64,000 nucleotides of DNA from Octopus sinensis. Lineage: Eukaryota. The stretch covers positions 11,284,001-11,348,000 of the forward strand of contig NC_043007.1 of assembly GCF_006345805.1 (NCBI RefSeq), read 5' to 3'. Positions within the stretch are counted from its first letter, which is position 1. Every line of letters starts with the position of its first letter. The notes beneath the pieces were generated by a model that saw only the letters and a list, made by a program, of their open reading frames with translations, made no database searches and was not told the DNA's origin. Of this stretch, positions 1 to 13,121 are shown one piece after another. A program made the position numbers and the translations under genes.

Positions 1-87
1 CTGAATTTGAACTCAGAATGTAACAGCAGACGAAATACCGCTAAGCATTTTGCCCCACGTGCTAACGATTATATATATATATGTGGA

Positions 88-391
88 GGCGCAATGGCCC
101 AGTGGTTAGGGAAGTGGACTCGCGGTGGTACGATCGTGGTTTTGATTCCCAGACCGGGCGGGGCGTTGTGAGTGTTTATTGAGTGAAAACACCTAAAGCT
201 CCACGAGGCTCCGGCGGGGAAGCGGGGGGGGGGGGCATCCCTGCTGTACTCTTTCGCCACAACTTTCTCTCACTCTTCCTCTGTTGGCCTGCTTGCTTAG
301 CCAGCGGGTGGCGTCATTTGAAGGCTAAAACAATGTGCAACATATTGTGACCAGTGATGTGTAGCAACATCTGATAGCCTGGTCAGTCATG

Positions 392-396
<5 letters not shown>
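88..396 (+). mobile_element. SINE family C head with RTE-derived tail X
   Basis: Head GGCGCAATGGCCCAGTGGTTAGGG...GTTTGATTCCC; tail ...GTGACCAG...CTGGTCAGTCATGGTGAT. Confidence 0.85.
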
Positions 397-444
<48 letters not shown>

Positions 445-1419
445 TCTCATATGCAATAAAGCAGCCACAATACCAATATATATATATATTCAGCAAAATT
501 TAGAATTCAAATGATTATGGTACTTAAGTTAGATGTACCAGAATTTTGTATGGTGTTGATGATATATATATATATATATATATCATCATCATCATCGTTT
601 AGCGTCCATTTTCCATGCTAGCATGGGTTGGATGGTTCGACTGGGTTCTGGGAAGCCAGAAGGCCGCACCAGGCTCCAGTCTGGTCTGGCAGAGTTTCTA
701 CAGCTGGATGTCCTTCCTAACGCCAACCACTCCGTGAATGTAGTGGGTGCTTTTTACGTGCCAATCATGGCTGTTGCCAGACGGGGCTGGCAACAGCCAT
801 GATTGGATGGTGCTTTTTACATGCCACTGGCACGGAAGCCAGTCATGGTGGTGCTGGCACCAGCCACATTCGGATGGTGCTTTTTATAATAATAATAATA
901 ATAATGATAACTTTGAAAAATATATATATATTGGTGGCTGCTTTATTGTGTATGAGTAAAACCATTGCTAAAAAGAATCACTGAAATGAGTTATTGATAA
1001 TGCAATGTGAGGTCCTTATTGCCTAATGCATAATAAAATATAAAAGGAATATATTCTGTTCGTTTTATAGTTTATATTTATTGTTATATTTATGCATATA
1101 TTCATATAGCTTACAGTTCCATTTTGAGTAGGATCAACAAAAGAAGTACTCTAACTGAAAGAAGCCTGTCGTATATATGTATATATATATATGTATGTGT
1201 GTGTGTTTGTATGTCTGTGTTTGTTCCCCTAGCATTGCTTGACAACCGATGCTGATGTGTTTACGTCCCCATCACTTAGTGGTTTGGCAAAAAGAGACTG
1301 ATAAAATAAGTACTTGGCTTACAAAAAGAATAAGTCCCAAAAATTTTACCCAATAATTTGTCGAAAATTTTCACCAAAAATTTTCCGAAAATTTACACTG
1401 AAAATTTTACCCAAAAATG

Positions 1420-1524
1420 GCTTTCCATACTTTGTGATTTTGGCACCGCTGGCCTTCCATACTTTGTGATTTTGGCACCACTGGCCTTCCATACTTTGTG
1501 AATTTGGCACCGCTGCCCTTCCAT
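1420..1524. repeat. 32-bp minisatellite, about 3.3 copies
   Basis: Unit GCCTTCCATACTTTGTGATTTTGGCACCACTG starting at 1420, 1452, 1484, 1516. Confidence 0.9.
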
Positions 1525-2059
1525 AAAAGAGTAAAAGAGTAAAGAGAGAGCATCCTGTGAGAGATAAATATTTAATATACACAATTTTAAAAAAGGGTTG
1601 CTCATAGTTCCATGCTGTAGAGATACAATAATTTGACAGATTTATATAACATGCCATGTGACTCCAAACAATCTTTCAACCTCAATGCATAAGGTTAGAT
1701 GTATTTAAAAACCAGGACACTGGTCTATGAGAAAACAGGAAAAACAAAAATAAGAAATAAAATCACAAAGAATGTTGATGCAAAAAGTGGAATGAGAAGA
1801 AAGAAAGGAAAGGCGAAAAAGAAAAAACAAGATCTTTGTCCTCTTTGACTGTAGAAGCCATAATTAACATAACTGGTGTTGAATAAAATGACAGAAAGGA
1901 GGTCAAAGTCTGTGAGAGTGTTACTCAGTCCAGAGTGGATTGTGTCTTCCAGTTCAACAAAAATTCGTCCATGTGTTTGCATTTGCTGAAAATTTTGGAT
2001 CTGGAATTAAGAATGTGCGGTCTTCCTGCTCCACATAATTTGCATCTCTTTGATCCATA

Positions 2060-2460
2060 CTCTTACTCTTTTACTCTTTTACTTCTTTCAGTCATTTGAC
2101 TACGGCCATGCTGGAGCACCGCCTTTAGTCAAGCAAATTGACCCCAGGACTTATTCTTTGTAAGCCTAGTACTTATTCTATCGGTCTCTTTTGCCGAACC
2201 GCTAATTTGCGGCGACGTAAACACACCAGCATCGGTTGTCAAGCAATGCTAGGGGGGGACAAACACAGACACACAAACATATACACACACATATACATAT
2301 ATACAACAGGCTTCTTTCAGTTTCCGTCTACCAAATCCACTCACAAGGCTTTGGTTGACCTAAGGCTATAGTAAAAGACACTTGCCCAAGGTGCCACGCA
2401 GTGGGACTGAACCCGGAACCATGTGGTTCGTAACCAAGCTACTTACCCCACAGCCACTCA
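2060..2460 (-). mobile_element. SINE family A
   Basis: Full-length homolog of 7202-7617. Confidence 0.9.
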
Positions 2461-4459
2461 TGGTTTTTCACTTGATTGTATGTGTTGTGAATTTGGTCTT
2501 CAGATCCCGTCATGGCTAGCCAACTTAGTGGTTTTATTTTTATTAATGTGTCAGAAAGAAGACTGGTGGTTTGTATAATGGCTTTTAAAATTGCCTTCGC
2601 GTAAACCAATATAGTTTTTCTTCCCAATTACATTGTTTTGGAGCACTGCTGTAACTTCACCTTCAAAAACAACTGCATTTATCAAATATGACTCATGAAG
2701 CGAGCAAGTTTCGGGGTCTGGACTGCTACAACTGGGAATGAGTTCTTGGTGTACAACAGTTGTACAAAATCCTTATGAAGTGTTTATTAAAAATCTTGCT
2801 GTACCTGTGGTTTATGGGGAAAAGTTTATTTAATATACACACATGCACATACACACATACACACACATACACGTTCATGCATATATATGTGTGTTATATA
2901 TATATATATATATACACATATCCATGCGTATATATGTGTGTTTATATATATATATACATACATACTCATATACATACATGCACATATATACACACACACA
3001 TCTATACATATATATTTATATACATCAGATTTGATAAACTGGCCTATAAATTAAAACTGAACCCCCACCCCTTAATTAAATCTAAATATCAGAAATAATC
3101 AGTGATAAGCAGTGTCTTTTTTGGGAAAATCTCAGTTTACAATTGTGATGTTGTTTGTAAAACATGTTCTTTGTCTATCTCCTTACCCTCTTGGTGATTT
3201 TGGATAAAATTATACTAATGAGTCCTTCGAATTTAATTAAATTCTATATTTTTATGCAGCTGAAGATTGCTCTACATTTTAAATTGATGTAATGATTGCA
3301 TTGTTCAATTAAATGGAGTCGCATGAAACGATCGTACTGCATTACCTCTGGATATCGTTGTTTCTTATTTTGATTTTAATCACCTTATTTTAAATTGTAT
3401 GGATAATACCATTATAAATTCTGGTGCCTTCAACTTAAGTACCATATTCATCTGAATATATGTTTGTATATATATAAAATCTCAATAGAAGGGTAAACAA
3501 TTCACAAGGAAAATAATTTCTGAAAAATTAATTTGCTAAGATCGTTTTGAAGTTTGCGCCACAACTGATTCATTTTGTGTCAAAATCAATTGCGGCCACC
3601 TGTGAGGAAATAATCTTGATACAAGGGCAAACAATTCATGAGGAAAATAATTCCCCAAAAATTAATAATGCTTTCATCGGCCCGAGACTATAGTAGGAGA
3701 CACTTGCTGAAGGTTCCACGCAGTGGGACTGAACCCGGAACCATGTGGTTGGTAAGCAAGCTACTTACTATATTATTATCTAGTATGAATATTTTTAAAA
3801 ATGATAATAACAGAATCAATAATATAGGTGATTACAGGCCAAGAAAAGCATTAAATAGCTGAAGGATTAAAATTAATCATAGGACATACTAAATATGTCT
3901 ACCTGCTGGAAATAACAGTCAAAACTCTTTAAATCACCAAAATTCACTGATAATAACTACAGAAATCAACCGAGGGCAGACCAGGATAATAAAATCTCCA
4001 AACGTACATTTAAAAATATTCATACTAGATAATAACAAAATTAATATCTTAGCAAATTAATTTTTCAGGAATTATTTTCTTCATGAATTGTTTGCCCTTG
4101 TATTGGGATTATTTCCTCACTGGTGACTATAATTGATTTCAGCGCAAAATGGATCAGTTGTGGGGCAGACTTCAAAATGATAGGTTGGGGGTCTCTATCA
4201 TGGTAACGTGTGCTGAAGAAGCTAAGGCGATTTTTTGCCAGTGCAGAAACCAGTCCACGTGAATCCAAGTACTTAAATGTACATTAAGAGATTTTATTAA
4301 CCTGATCTGTCTTTGGTTGATTTGTGTAGTTATTATCAGTGTATTTTGGTGACTTAAATAAGAGTTTTGACTGTCATTTCCAGCAGGTAGACATACTAAG
4401 TATGCCCTTTGATTAATTTTAATCCTTCAGTTATTTATACACACACACACACACACACA

Positions 4460-4540
<81 letters not shown>

Positions 4541-4882
4541 TTATATGTGTGTGCATGGCATGTAAAAAGCACCATCCGTTCGTGGCTGTTGCCAGCCTCG
4601 CCTGGCCCCTGTGCCGGTGGCACGTAAAAAGCACCATCTGTCCATGGCCGTTTGCCAGCTCCATCTGGCACCTGTGCGGGTGGCACATAAAAAGAACCCA
4701 CTACACTCACGGAGTGGTTGGCATTAGGAAGGGCATCCATCCGTAGAAACACTGCCAGATCAGACTGGGCCTGATTGTAGCCTTCTGGCTTCACAGACCC
4801 CAGTTGAACCGTCCAACCCATGCTAGCATGGAAAGCAGACGCTAAATGATGATGATGATGATGATGATATATATATAATATT

Positions 4883-5322
4883 TAACTAAGCAAGAGATTA
4901 ATCTAAATATTTAATCTAAGAATTAGAATTTTCTATTATTTTTTAACCGTTTCATTTTTTTCACAGCAGACTAAAACGTTGACATCTACAGAATTTTGTA
5001 ATTCATTTGCGACATTATTATCTCTTGTATAATTATTGGCATTTTCTATTTCTTTCAAGCCAATATCACTGTCTGTATTAAATAGAATCTTTATAAGGTT
5101 TGTATTATTGCTAAATGAGAGAACACTCAGCTATAGCAATAAAAATTCTAATGAGTATTAGAAAATTCAATTCTTCATTTATATATTTTTTTTCTTTAAA
5201 TTGGCTGTTAAACTCAAAATTTCTTTTGACATTTTGAAATATAAACGAGTCATTTAATCACATTCTATGGTGTTTTCTGACATTATTGTCAACAATAATA
5301 ACAGCAATTTTAACAGTTGGAA
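4883..5322. repeat. 440-bp AT-rich segment duplicated at 44966-45405
   Basis: Direct repeat, about 97% identical by manual comparison; no TIR, TSD or tail seen. Confidence 0.9.
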
Positions 5323-5799
5323 ACATTATTATTGTTTAAATGTCTATATCTCCATACTTGCATAGATCAGACAAACGTCTTTGAAATAAATTTTCTAAGT
5401 TCAGATGCTCTTCCAGTTCCCTGTTACTAAGCAAGGTAGATATTTCCCCTACTCCCTCGAGCATGATTTGGGCATATTTTTATGGAAGACTGCAAATAAA
5501 TGACATCACTTTCACATAAATGGTGACTTTGTTTGTAATCAGTGACAAGATATGCCCACACACACACACACACCACACACACACTACGAGCTTCTTTCAG
5601 TTTCTGTTTACCAAATCCACTCACAAGTCTTTGGTTGGCCTGAGGCTATAGTAGAAGACACTTGCCCAAGGTGCTATGCAGTGGGACTGAACCCAGAACT
5701 ATGTGTCTGGGAAGCAAGTTTCTTATCACACAGCCAGCCACTCCTACACACAAACACACACACAGATATACACATGCACAGATCGTTAGCCACCACACA

Positions 5800-5910
5800 C
5801 ATTTTTTTTTCTCTCCTGGTTTTTTTCTGTGTCCCTTTCTGTAGAAGAGCGTAGGCTCGAAACGTAAAGGACTTTTTCAATTCCTGAGCTTTATACTAAT
5901 ACATCTGACT
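5800..5910 (+). ncRNA. Dispersed repeat containing a minimal type I hammerhead-ribozyme-like fold (Penelope/retrozyme-type)
   Basis: 5839-5866 reads CTGTAGA-A-GAGC GTAG GCTC-GAAA-CGTA: core with A6U change, 4-bp stem II, palindromic ACGT stem III, GUA site; flanks GTCCCTTT/AAGGAC can pair as stem I. Decayed homolog at 55281-55495 (-). Confidence 0.55.
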
Positions 5911-5993
5911 GAAACTAGTAAAAGATAAAACAGAAAACACTCACACACGTACACATGCATGCACACACATACACATATACATATGCATATGCA

Positions 5994-6029
<36 letters not shown>

Positions 6030-6044
6030 TGAACATGTAAAAAC

Positions 6045-6440
6045 CATCATCATCGCCACTATCATCTTTCTCATCAACATCATCATTGTTCTCACCCCAC
6101 CATCATTATCACCATCATAATCATCATCATCATCATCATCATCATCACCATCACCATCATCATCATCATCTTTATTATCACTGCCCCCACCACTACTAAT
6201 AATATCTCAATCATCCCATTATCAAAGTCACCAATCAGCATCGTTGTTGTCGCCGTTTTTCATCATCATCATCATCATCGTTATCATCATCATCATCATC
6301 AGCTTCGCCATTGTCATCATCATTATCATCAGCATCAGCTTCGCCATCATCGTGTTCATCACCATTATTATCATCATTATCACTACCACCACCACCACCA
6401 CCACCACAGCTATCATCTCCATCATCATCATCATCATCAC
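6045..6440. repeat. (CAT)n/(CAC)n trinucleotide low-complexity tract
   Basis: Directly visible; similar tract at 18497-18690. Confidence 0.95.
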
Positions 6441-6781
6441 AACCAATGTGTCCATCACCCCATGTGCTCCATGTTACATTTGATGTCATACTGTAAGAGT
6501 AAAAGTAACCATGCAGTGAGCTGGACCGGTGCCATTGAGCATGAAGAATATTTACATCCAAGAACCACAATGCAACACCATTGACTGGTTGAATGAGTGC
6601 CATCGCCTTTGAGTAGCAAGACAACCAATGACAAGCGGTGATGGTCACTTTTTGAAAAACTGAGAGAAGTTCTGAAATCCAACTACAAAAGAAAAGCAAA
6701 GAAAGAGAGAGATAGCAAGAGAAAGAGAGAGAAAAAGAGAGAGAGAGGGCAATGAAGAAAGAAAGAAAGTGCAAGAAAGGG

Positions 6782-7150
6782 AAAGAGTTGGCTGCGAGCT
6801 GGCAGAATCGTTAGCACGCCGGGCGAAATGCTTAGCGGTATTTCGTCTGCTGTTACGTTGTGAGTTCAAATTCCGCCGAGGTCGACTTTACCTTTCATCC
6901 TTTCGGGGGTCGATAAATTAAGTACCAATTACGCTCTAGGGCCGATGTAATCGACTTAATACCTATGTCTGTCCTTGTTTGTCCCCTCTATGTTTAGCCC
7001 CTTTGTGGGTAATAAAGAAATAGGTATTTCGTCTGCCATTATGTTCTGAGTTCAAATTCCGCCAAGGTCGACTTTGCCTTTCATCCTTCCAGGGTCGATT
7101 AAATAAGTACCAGCATGGCCACAGTCAAATGACTGAAACAAGTAAAAGAG
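6782..7150 (+). mobile_element. SINE family B1 joined to a family A tail
   Basis: Second unit switches at AAGTACCAGC into CATGGCCACAGTCAAATGACTGAAAC. Confidence 0.8.
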
Positions 7151-7201
7151 TAATTGAAATAAACACAGATCTCAAAATAAATACAGTAATGAAAGGGTTA
7201 T

Positions 7202-7372
7202 AGGCACAGGAGTGGCTGTGTGGTAAGTAGCTTGTAACCAACCACATGGTTCCGGGTTCAGTCCCACTGCGTGGCATCTTGGGCAAGTGTCTTCTGCTAT
7301 AGCCCTGGGCTGACCAATGCCTTGTGAGTGGATTTGGTAGACGGAAACTGAAAGAAGCCTGTCGTATATATG

Positions 7373-7403
<31 letters not shown>

Positions 7404-7617
7404 GCTTGTGTGTCTGTGTTTGCCCCCCTAGCATTGCTTGACAACCGATGCTGGTGTGTTTACGTCCCCGTCACTTAGCGGTTTGGCAAAAGAGACCGAT
7501 AGAATAAGTACTGGGCTTACAAAGAATAAGTCCTGGGGTCAATTTGCTCGACTAAAGGCGGTGCTCCAGCATGGCCGCAGTCAAATGACTGAAACAAGTA
7601 AAAGAGAGTAAAAGAGA
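7202..7617 (+). mobile_element. SINE family A (tRNA head, probable Meta-type central domain, internal microsatellite, AAGAGT tail), full copy
   Basis: A box TGGCTGTGTGG, B box GGTTCAGTCCC, body TTGGGCAAGTGTCTTCT...GGAAACTGAAAGAAGCC; more than 20 copies or fragments in the window. Domain name is from memory. Confidence 0.9.
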
Positions 7618-7872
7618 TATACACAGAAGCACATGCAAGTAGGTGGACAAATGATAGAAGGGCACTCAGCACACATTTATTGGGAGTTACATGAATAGAT
7701 TAAAACAGTTTGATTCACATTCTGTGGCATTTCAATTTTCAAAGTATGATGCTAATCCTCACCCATTGGAAATTTGAAATTCAAATTTTCAATGGCTGAA
7801 GATTAGCATCACATTTTGAAACTTGAAGTACCACGAATTTGAATCAAACTATATTGATCCATATAGGAAGTA

Positions 7873-8250
7873 GGAAGCACTCCGTCGGTTACAGCGATGA
7901 GGGTTCCGGTTGATCCGAATCAACGGAACAGCCTGCTCGTGAAATTAACGTGTAAGTGGCTGAGCACTCCACAGACACGTGTACCCTTAACGTAGTTCTC
8001 GGGGATATTCAGCGTGACACAGAGAGTGACAAGGCCGGCCCCTTGAAATACAGGTACAACAGAAACAGGAAGTAAGAGTGAGAGAAAGTTGTGAAAGAGT
8101 ACAGCAGGGATCACCACCATCCCCTGCCGGAGCCTCGTGGAGCTTTTAAGTGTTTTCGCTCAATAAACACTCACAACGCCCGGTCTGGGAATCGAAACCG
8201 CGATCCTATGACCGCGAGTCCGTTGCCCTAACCACTGGGCCATTGCGCTT
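7873..8250 (-). mobile_element. SINE family C head with tail Y
   Basis: Same head as 88-396, different 3' half ending TAACCGACGGAGTGCTTCC. Confidence 0.85.
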
Positions 8251-8800
8251 CCACATTGATCCATATATATATACTCACAAACACACTCACATATATATAT
8301 ATATATGTATGCCATGTTTGTATGTGTGTATATATATATAAATATATACAGGTGCAGACAATGAGGTTGGTGATGATGATGGTAATGATAATGATGATAT
8401 ACATACAGGCGTAGGAGTGGCTGTGTGGTAAGAAGCTTGGTTCCCAACTACATGGTACTAGGTTCAGTCCCACTGCATGGCTCCTTGGTCAAGTGTCTTC
8501 TACTATAGCCTTAGGCCAACCAAAGCCTTGCGAGTGGATTTGGTAGATGGGAAATTGAAAGAAACCCGTTGTATACAGTACATATATATATATAGGGAGC
8601 TTGCTTCCTAGCTACATGGTTTCGGGTTCAGTCCCACTGCGTGGCACTTTGCGTAGGTGTCTTCCACTATAGCCCCGAGCCGAACGGAGCTTTGTGATTG
8701 AATTTGGTAGGTGGAAGTTACTGCCGTGTGTGTATATGTGCATATAGCTGCTCAGTGCCTCTCCCAAAGAGAGAGAGGGATATATATATATTATATATAT

Positions 8801-8868
<68 letters not shown>

Positions 8869-9859
8869 GTGGTTTGTGCGTGCGTGTATGTGTGTTCATC
8901 TGTGTGTGTGTGTGTGTGTGTGTATCTTTGTATCTGTATTTATTCCCCACCACTACTTGACAACCAGCGTTGATGTGTTTATGTCTCCATAACTTAGCTG
9001 TTCAGCAAACGAGACTGATAGAATAAGTACCAGGCTTTAAAAAAAAAACAAAAATAATTACCTCGTCAATTGATCTGACTGAAAGCTCTTCAAAAGTGGT
9101 GCCCCAGCATGGCCACTGTCTGTCTAATAACTGAAACAAGTAAAAAAGATCAAAGAAAAAGATGAAAGATGACTAAAACAGAAAGATAAAGTGTATATAA
9201 TTCAAAAAAAGATGATATAGGAAAAAAATGGATGCAATAAAACATCAATTAGTGTTCTTGCAATGATTCCAGAAAAATATAAAAAATAAAAAATAAAAAA
9301 AATATAGATAGAATGTTAAAAAGAAAAGAACAATAATGTTTCCTAGGTATGAACTTGATAACCACTCTGAATGTCACACATTAAATCATTACTAATTTAT
9401 ATAAAACATGTTTAGTTATATAAAACATGTTTAATTTAATTGCAATCTAATGTTGTTACACAATTAAAGCTGAAAAGAAAAAAAGCATTTAAGTCCAAAT
9501 TGCAAAAGTGCTGTAGTTGAACAGTGAAGCAGCATTGATCTGAGTATTACTAAACTAGCTTCATTGGTGTTGTGTAATCTAGCAAGATCTCAATATTGAT
9601 TTTTTTTATAAACTTTTTTTCTTTCATTGATATTTCTTTAGCAAACTTTTTTTCGTTTTTCACATTTTTCACGTTACAATCCCTTGGTGTAATCATTTTT
9701 TTATGCTTCTTTTTTTTTTTTTTTTGTTTTATCTTCAATGTCTTTCTAAATAATTATGTTGCATGAAGACATTAGATTGTCATAGTCTAGTTTCTTACTA
9801 CTGATAACCCAGTAAAAAATGTTGGATAAAAAAAGGTAGAGCACCAGCATTAAGAGAGT

Positions 9860-9990
9860 GAAAATGTTGGATAGAAGGCAGAGTAGTAGTGTTAACTGGA
9901 TTGGGCATGTCTTCAGATAAGATCAAGAAACTGATTGTATGGTGGCACTAAAGTGACAAACTAAGGGGAAAAGAGCAGCAGGGTGCTCTA
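9860..9990 (+). pseudogene. Decayed RTE-like ORF fragment
   Basis: Frame reads VNWIGHVFR*DQETDCMVALK*QTKGKRAAG, resembling the RTE C-terminal WIGH.LR...AL.W...GKR..GRP motif; two stops. Confidence 0.45.
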
Positions 9991-10737
9991 ATACCCTCCA
10001 TCAGGCATTTGCCATATTCTGAACGCCTTACTTCCCTGCGCATGGATACATTGAAACTCTGACGTCTGGCAGCTGACTTGGTAGACACCCATAAAATTAT
10101 TAACCATCTTACAAACAATAACTCTGAGCACCTTTTCAAACTCCACCTGTTTAACACTCGTGGACATATTTACAAAGTCAGAAAACAGCACAGCTCCTAT
10201 GACTTGGCAGACACCCATAAAATTATTAACCATCTTACAAACAATAACTCTGAGCACCTTTTCAAACTCCACCTGTTTAACACTCGTGGACATATTTACA
10301 AAGTCAGAAAACAGCACAGCTCCTATGACTTGGCAGACACCCATAAAATTATTAACCATCTTACAAACAATAACTCTGAGCACCTTTTCAAACTCCACCT
10401 GTCTAACACCCATGGACATGTTTATAAAGTCAGAAAACAGCACAGCTCTCATGACTTTTGGAAACATTTTTTCACGCTAAGAGTTGCTGAAGCATGGAAC
10501 AAACTGCCGGCATCAGTTGTTAGTTGTCGGAGCACTTCATTCTTCAAAACTTCCATGCTTCCTGAGATTCACCAACACTACACCTGATTTTCTCCCCTCC
10601 ATACACATGCAAGCATGTATCTGACTCATACACTGTTCGCTTTCCAGACATTTGTACATTACTGCATATACTTTATACGCACTTTTGACAAGTTGTGGTG
10701 CACTTGAGCACTGTATACAATAACTTCATTATTATTA
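9991..10737 (+). mobile_element. 5'-truncated CR1/L2-group LINE 3' end with internal 126-bp triplication
   Basis: Translates LPYSERLTSLRMDTLKL*RLAADL...TRGHIYKV...HFFTLRVAEAWNKLPASVV...FKT, the conserved CR1-type ORF2 C-terminus. 3'UTR ends in a (TTA)n-like tail near 10727-10737. Confidence 0.85.
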
Positions 10738-10835
10738 AAACCACATGGCAAAGGACCAATGACAATAAAAGGAGATGAAAAGAGTGAGAAGCTGGTATGA
10801 GATCAGAACAATGGTAGAAAACAAAAGCTTATCAA

Positions 10836-11284
10836 GGTGGCGAGCTGGCAGAAATGTTAGCATGCCAGGCGAAATTCATCTGCTGCTACATTCTGAGTTC
10901 AAATTCCGCCGAGGTCGACTTTGCCTTTCATCCTTTCAGGGTTGATTAAATAAGTACCAGTTATGCACTGGGGTCGATATAATTGACTTGATCCGTTTGT
11001 CTGTCCTTGTTTGTTCCCTCTGTGTGTAGCCCCTTGTGGGCAGTAAAGAAATAGGTATTTCGTAAAGAAAATATTGCCCCTTGTGGGCAATAAAGAAATA
11101 GGTATTTCGTCTGTCGTTACGTTCTGAGTTCAAATTCTGCCGAGGTCGACTTTGCCTTTCATCCTTTCGGGGTCGATTAAATAAGTACCAGTTACGTACT
11201 GGGGTCGATATAATTAACTTAATCTTTTTGTCTGTCCTTGTTTGTCCCCTCTGTGTGTAGCCCCTTGTGGGCAGTAAAGAAATA
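10836..11284 (+). mobile_element. SINE family B1 multimer
   Basis: Near-TSD AGAAAACAAA(A)GCT on both sides. Confidence 0.9.
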
Positions 11285-11593
11285 AGAAAACAAAGCTGGT
11301 TAGGGAGATCATGTTGCAGCATCATGACATGGAGAGAACTAACTAATTAGTGTAAGCTCAGTGAAAATGTGGGATAACGGTAGGGTTAATAAAAACTGTG
11401 GTTGTAACTGAGTTAATGGAGTCAATGATAATTAACTGCAGGCTAATGAATATCATTTGCATATGATGATACATGTTGATCAAGCTGTTCTGTGCTGGAG
11501 AATTATCAAATTACATACACATGGAGTGTCCAATCAACTTTTCATCATGTTGCATGCACAACCAATAAATGGCCCATGGTATTATGATGCATC

Positions 11594-11686
<93 letters not shown>

Positions 11687-12088
11687 AAAATAAGCAGCAA
11701 GGATATCCAGAGGTAATGCAGTACGATCGTTTCATGCAACTCCATTTAATTGAACAATACAATCATTACATCAATTTAAAATGCAGAGCAATCTTCAGTT
11801 ACACAAAGACATAGAATTTAATTAAATTAGAACAGATGGACATATTAGTAACTTCTAAACTGGAGTTGAGACAGCATGTTCTTTGTCTATCTCCTTAACT
11901 TCTTGGAGATTTAAGGTATAATTATACTAATATGTCCATCTGTTCTAATTTAATTAAATTCTATGTCTTTGTGCAACTGAAGATTGCTCTGCATTTTAAA
12001 TTGATGTAATGATTGCGTTGTTCAATTAAATGGAGTTGCATGAAACGATTGTACTGCATTACCTCTGGATATCCTTGTTGCTTATTTT
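11687..12088. repeat. 164-bp inverted repeat, 74-bp spacer
   Basis: Arms 11687-11850 and 11925-12088, 5 mismatches counted; right arm is part of a repeat also at about 3165-3455. Confidence 0.9.
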
Positions 12089-12230
12089 GATTTTAACTAC
12101 CTTACTTTGAAATTGTATGGATAATACTGTACTAAATTCTGGTGCCTCAACTTAAGTACCATATTCATCTGAACCTATATATGTATGTATATATATATGT
12201 ATGTATATGTATGTATATGTATATATATAT

Positions 12231-12261
<31 letters not shown>

Positions 12262-12888
12262 GATACTACATATGCCAAACTAGTAATGTTTTTGACCATT
12301 CTGTTTTGTATCATTTTGTTTGAAATCTCTGAAAAGAGGTAAAATTTATTAAAATTTCAAAACCAATAAATAAATGTTGCAGACGAAGAATAGAGCTACC
12401 AAAATACCATAGAATACTAAAATAAATATATATTTCATGTTAATTCAAGTAACATTGGAAAGGATTAAGATAAATTGGTAAAGAAATGAATGAATTTATC
12501 TGATAATCCAAATATAAAGTAAACCAAGGTATTTTGGCAAAAGTATCAAATACACAATGGTAGACTCAAAGAGGATTTGAAATCAAGATCAGTCAATTGA
12601 TAGTCTAATACATTATTTACTTTGATACCCTGCCCAGCTCCATCGCGTGACTTTTAGGGGCTCCCTGCAACTTTTTGTTTTGAGGTCCCATCCCTTCAAT
12701 CAAAATTCATAATCTATGCACCTTTTTATTCGTAGCTATATTTTACTTTATTCTATCTCAAGTTCAATATTTCGCGTTAAACTAAAGAATATTTTTCAAG
12801 TACAACAAGTTAAATTTATTTAGTACTATTACAAATTTCAATAAGTGAAAGTTCCAGATATGAATAAAAGAGTACTTTTATAATCCAG

Positions 12889-12984
12889 ACAACTTTCAAA
12901 AACAAACACAGCACACTTTTGGCTTCATGAAATCATCAATCAGTTCAGATTAAACAAGCTGAGAGCTAAGTTCAAGTTCAATAG
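12889..12984 (+). CDS. Candidate coding exon of an unidentified gene (phase 2-2)
   Basis: TAATCCAG acceptor, AG|GTATAG donor, 96 nt, single open frame QLSKTNTAHFWLHEIINQFRLNKLRAKFKFN. Confidence 0.5.
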
Positions 12985-13121
12985 GTATAGAAAATCCATA
13001 AAGTCTGGTACATGTTCATAGTATAATGTAATATTTTAACAAGAACTTTTGCAGGTACAATGTATTACCATTTTATTTCTTAAAATTTTCAGTTAACATA
13101 GTTTAATTGTTCTATTTGCAG

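Noticed and set aside
1420-1524. CRISPR-like 32-bp repeat
   Set aside because: Units are contiguous with no spacers, no cas genes, eukaryotic context.
1725-1982. 85-aa minus ORF and K-rich plus frame
   Set aside because: Driven by a purine/pyrimidine-biased tract; no convincing splice sites or motif.
7202-7285. tRNA genes at SINE heads
   Set aside because: A and B boxes are present but acceptor and anticodon stems are degenerate and run into SINE bodies.
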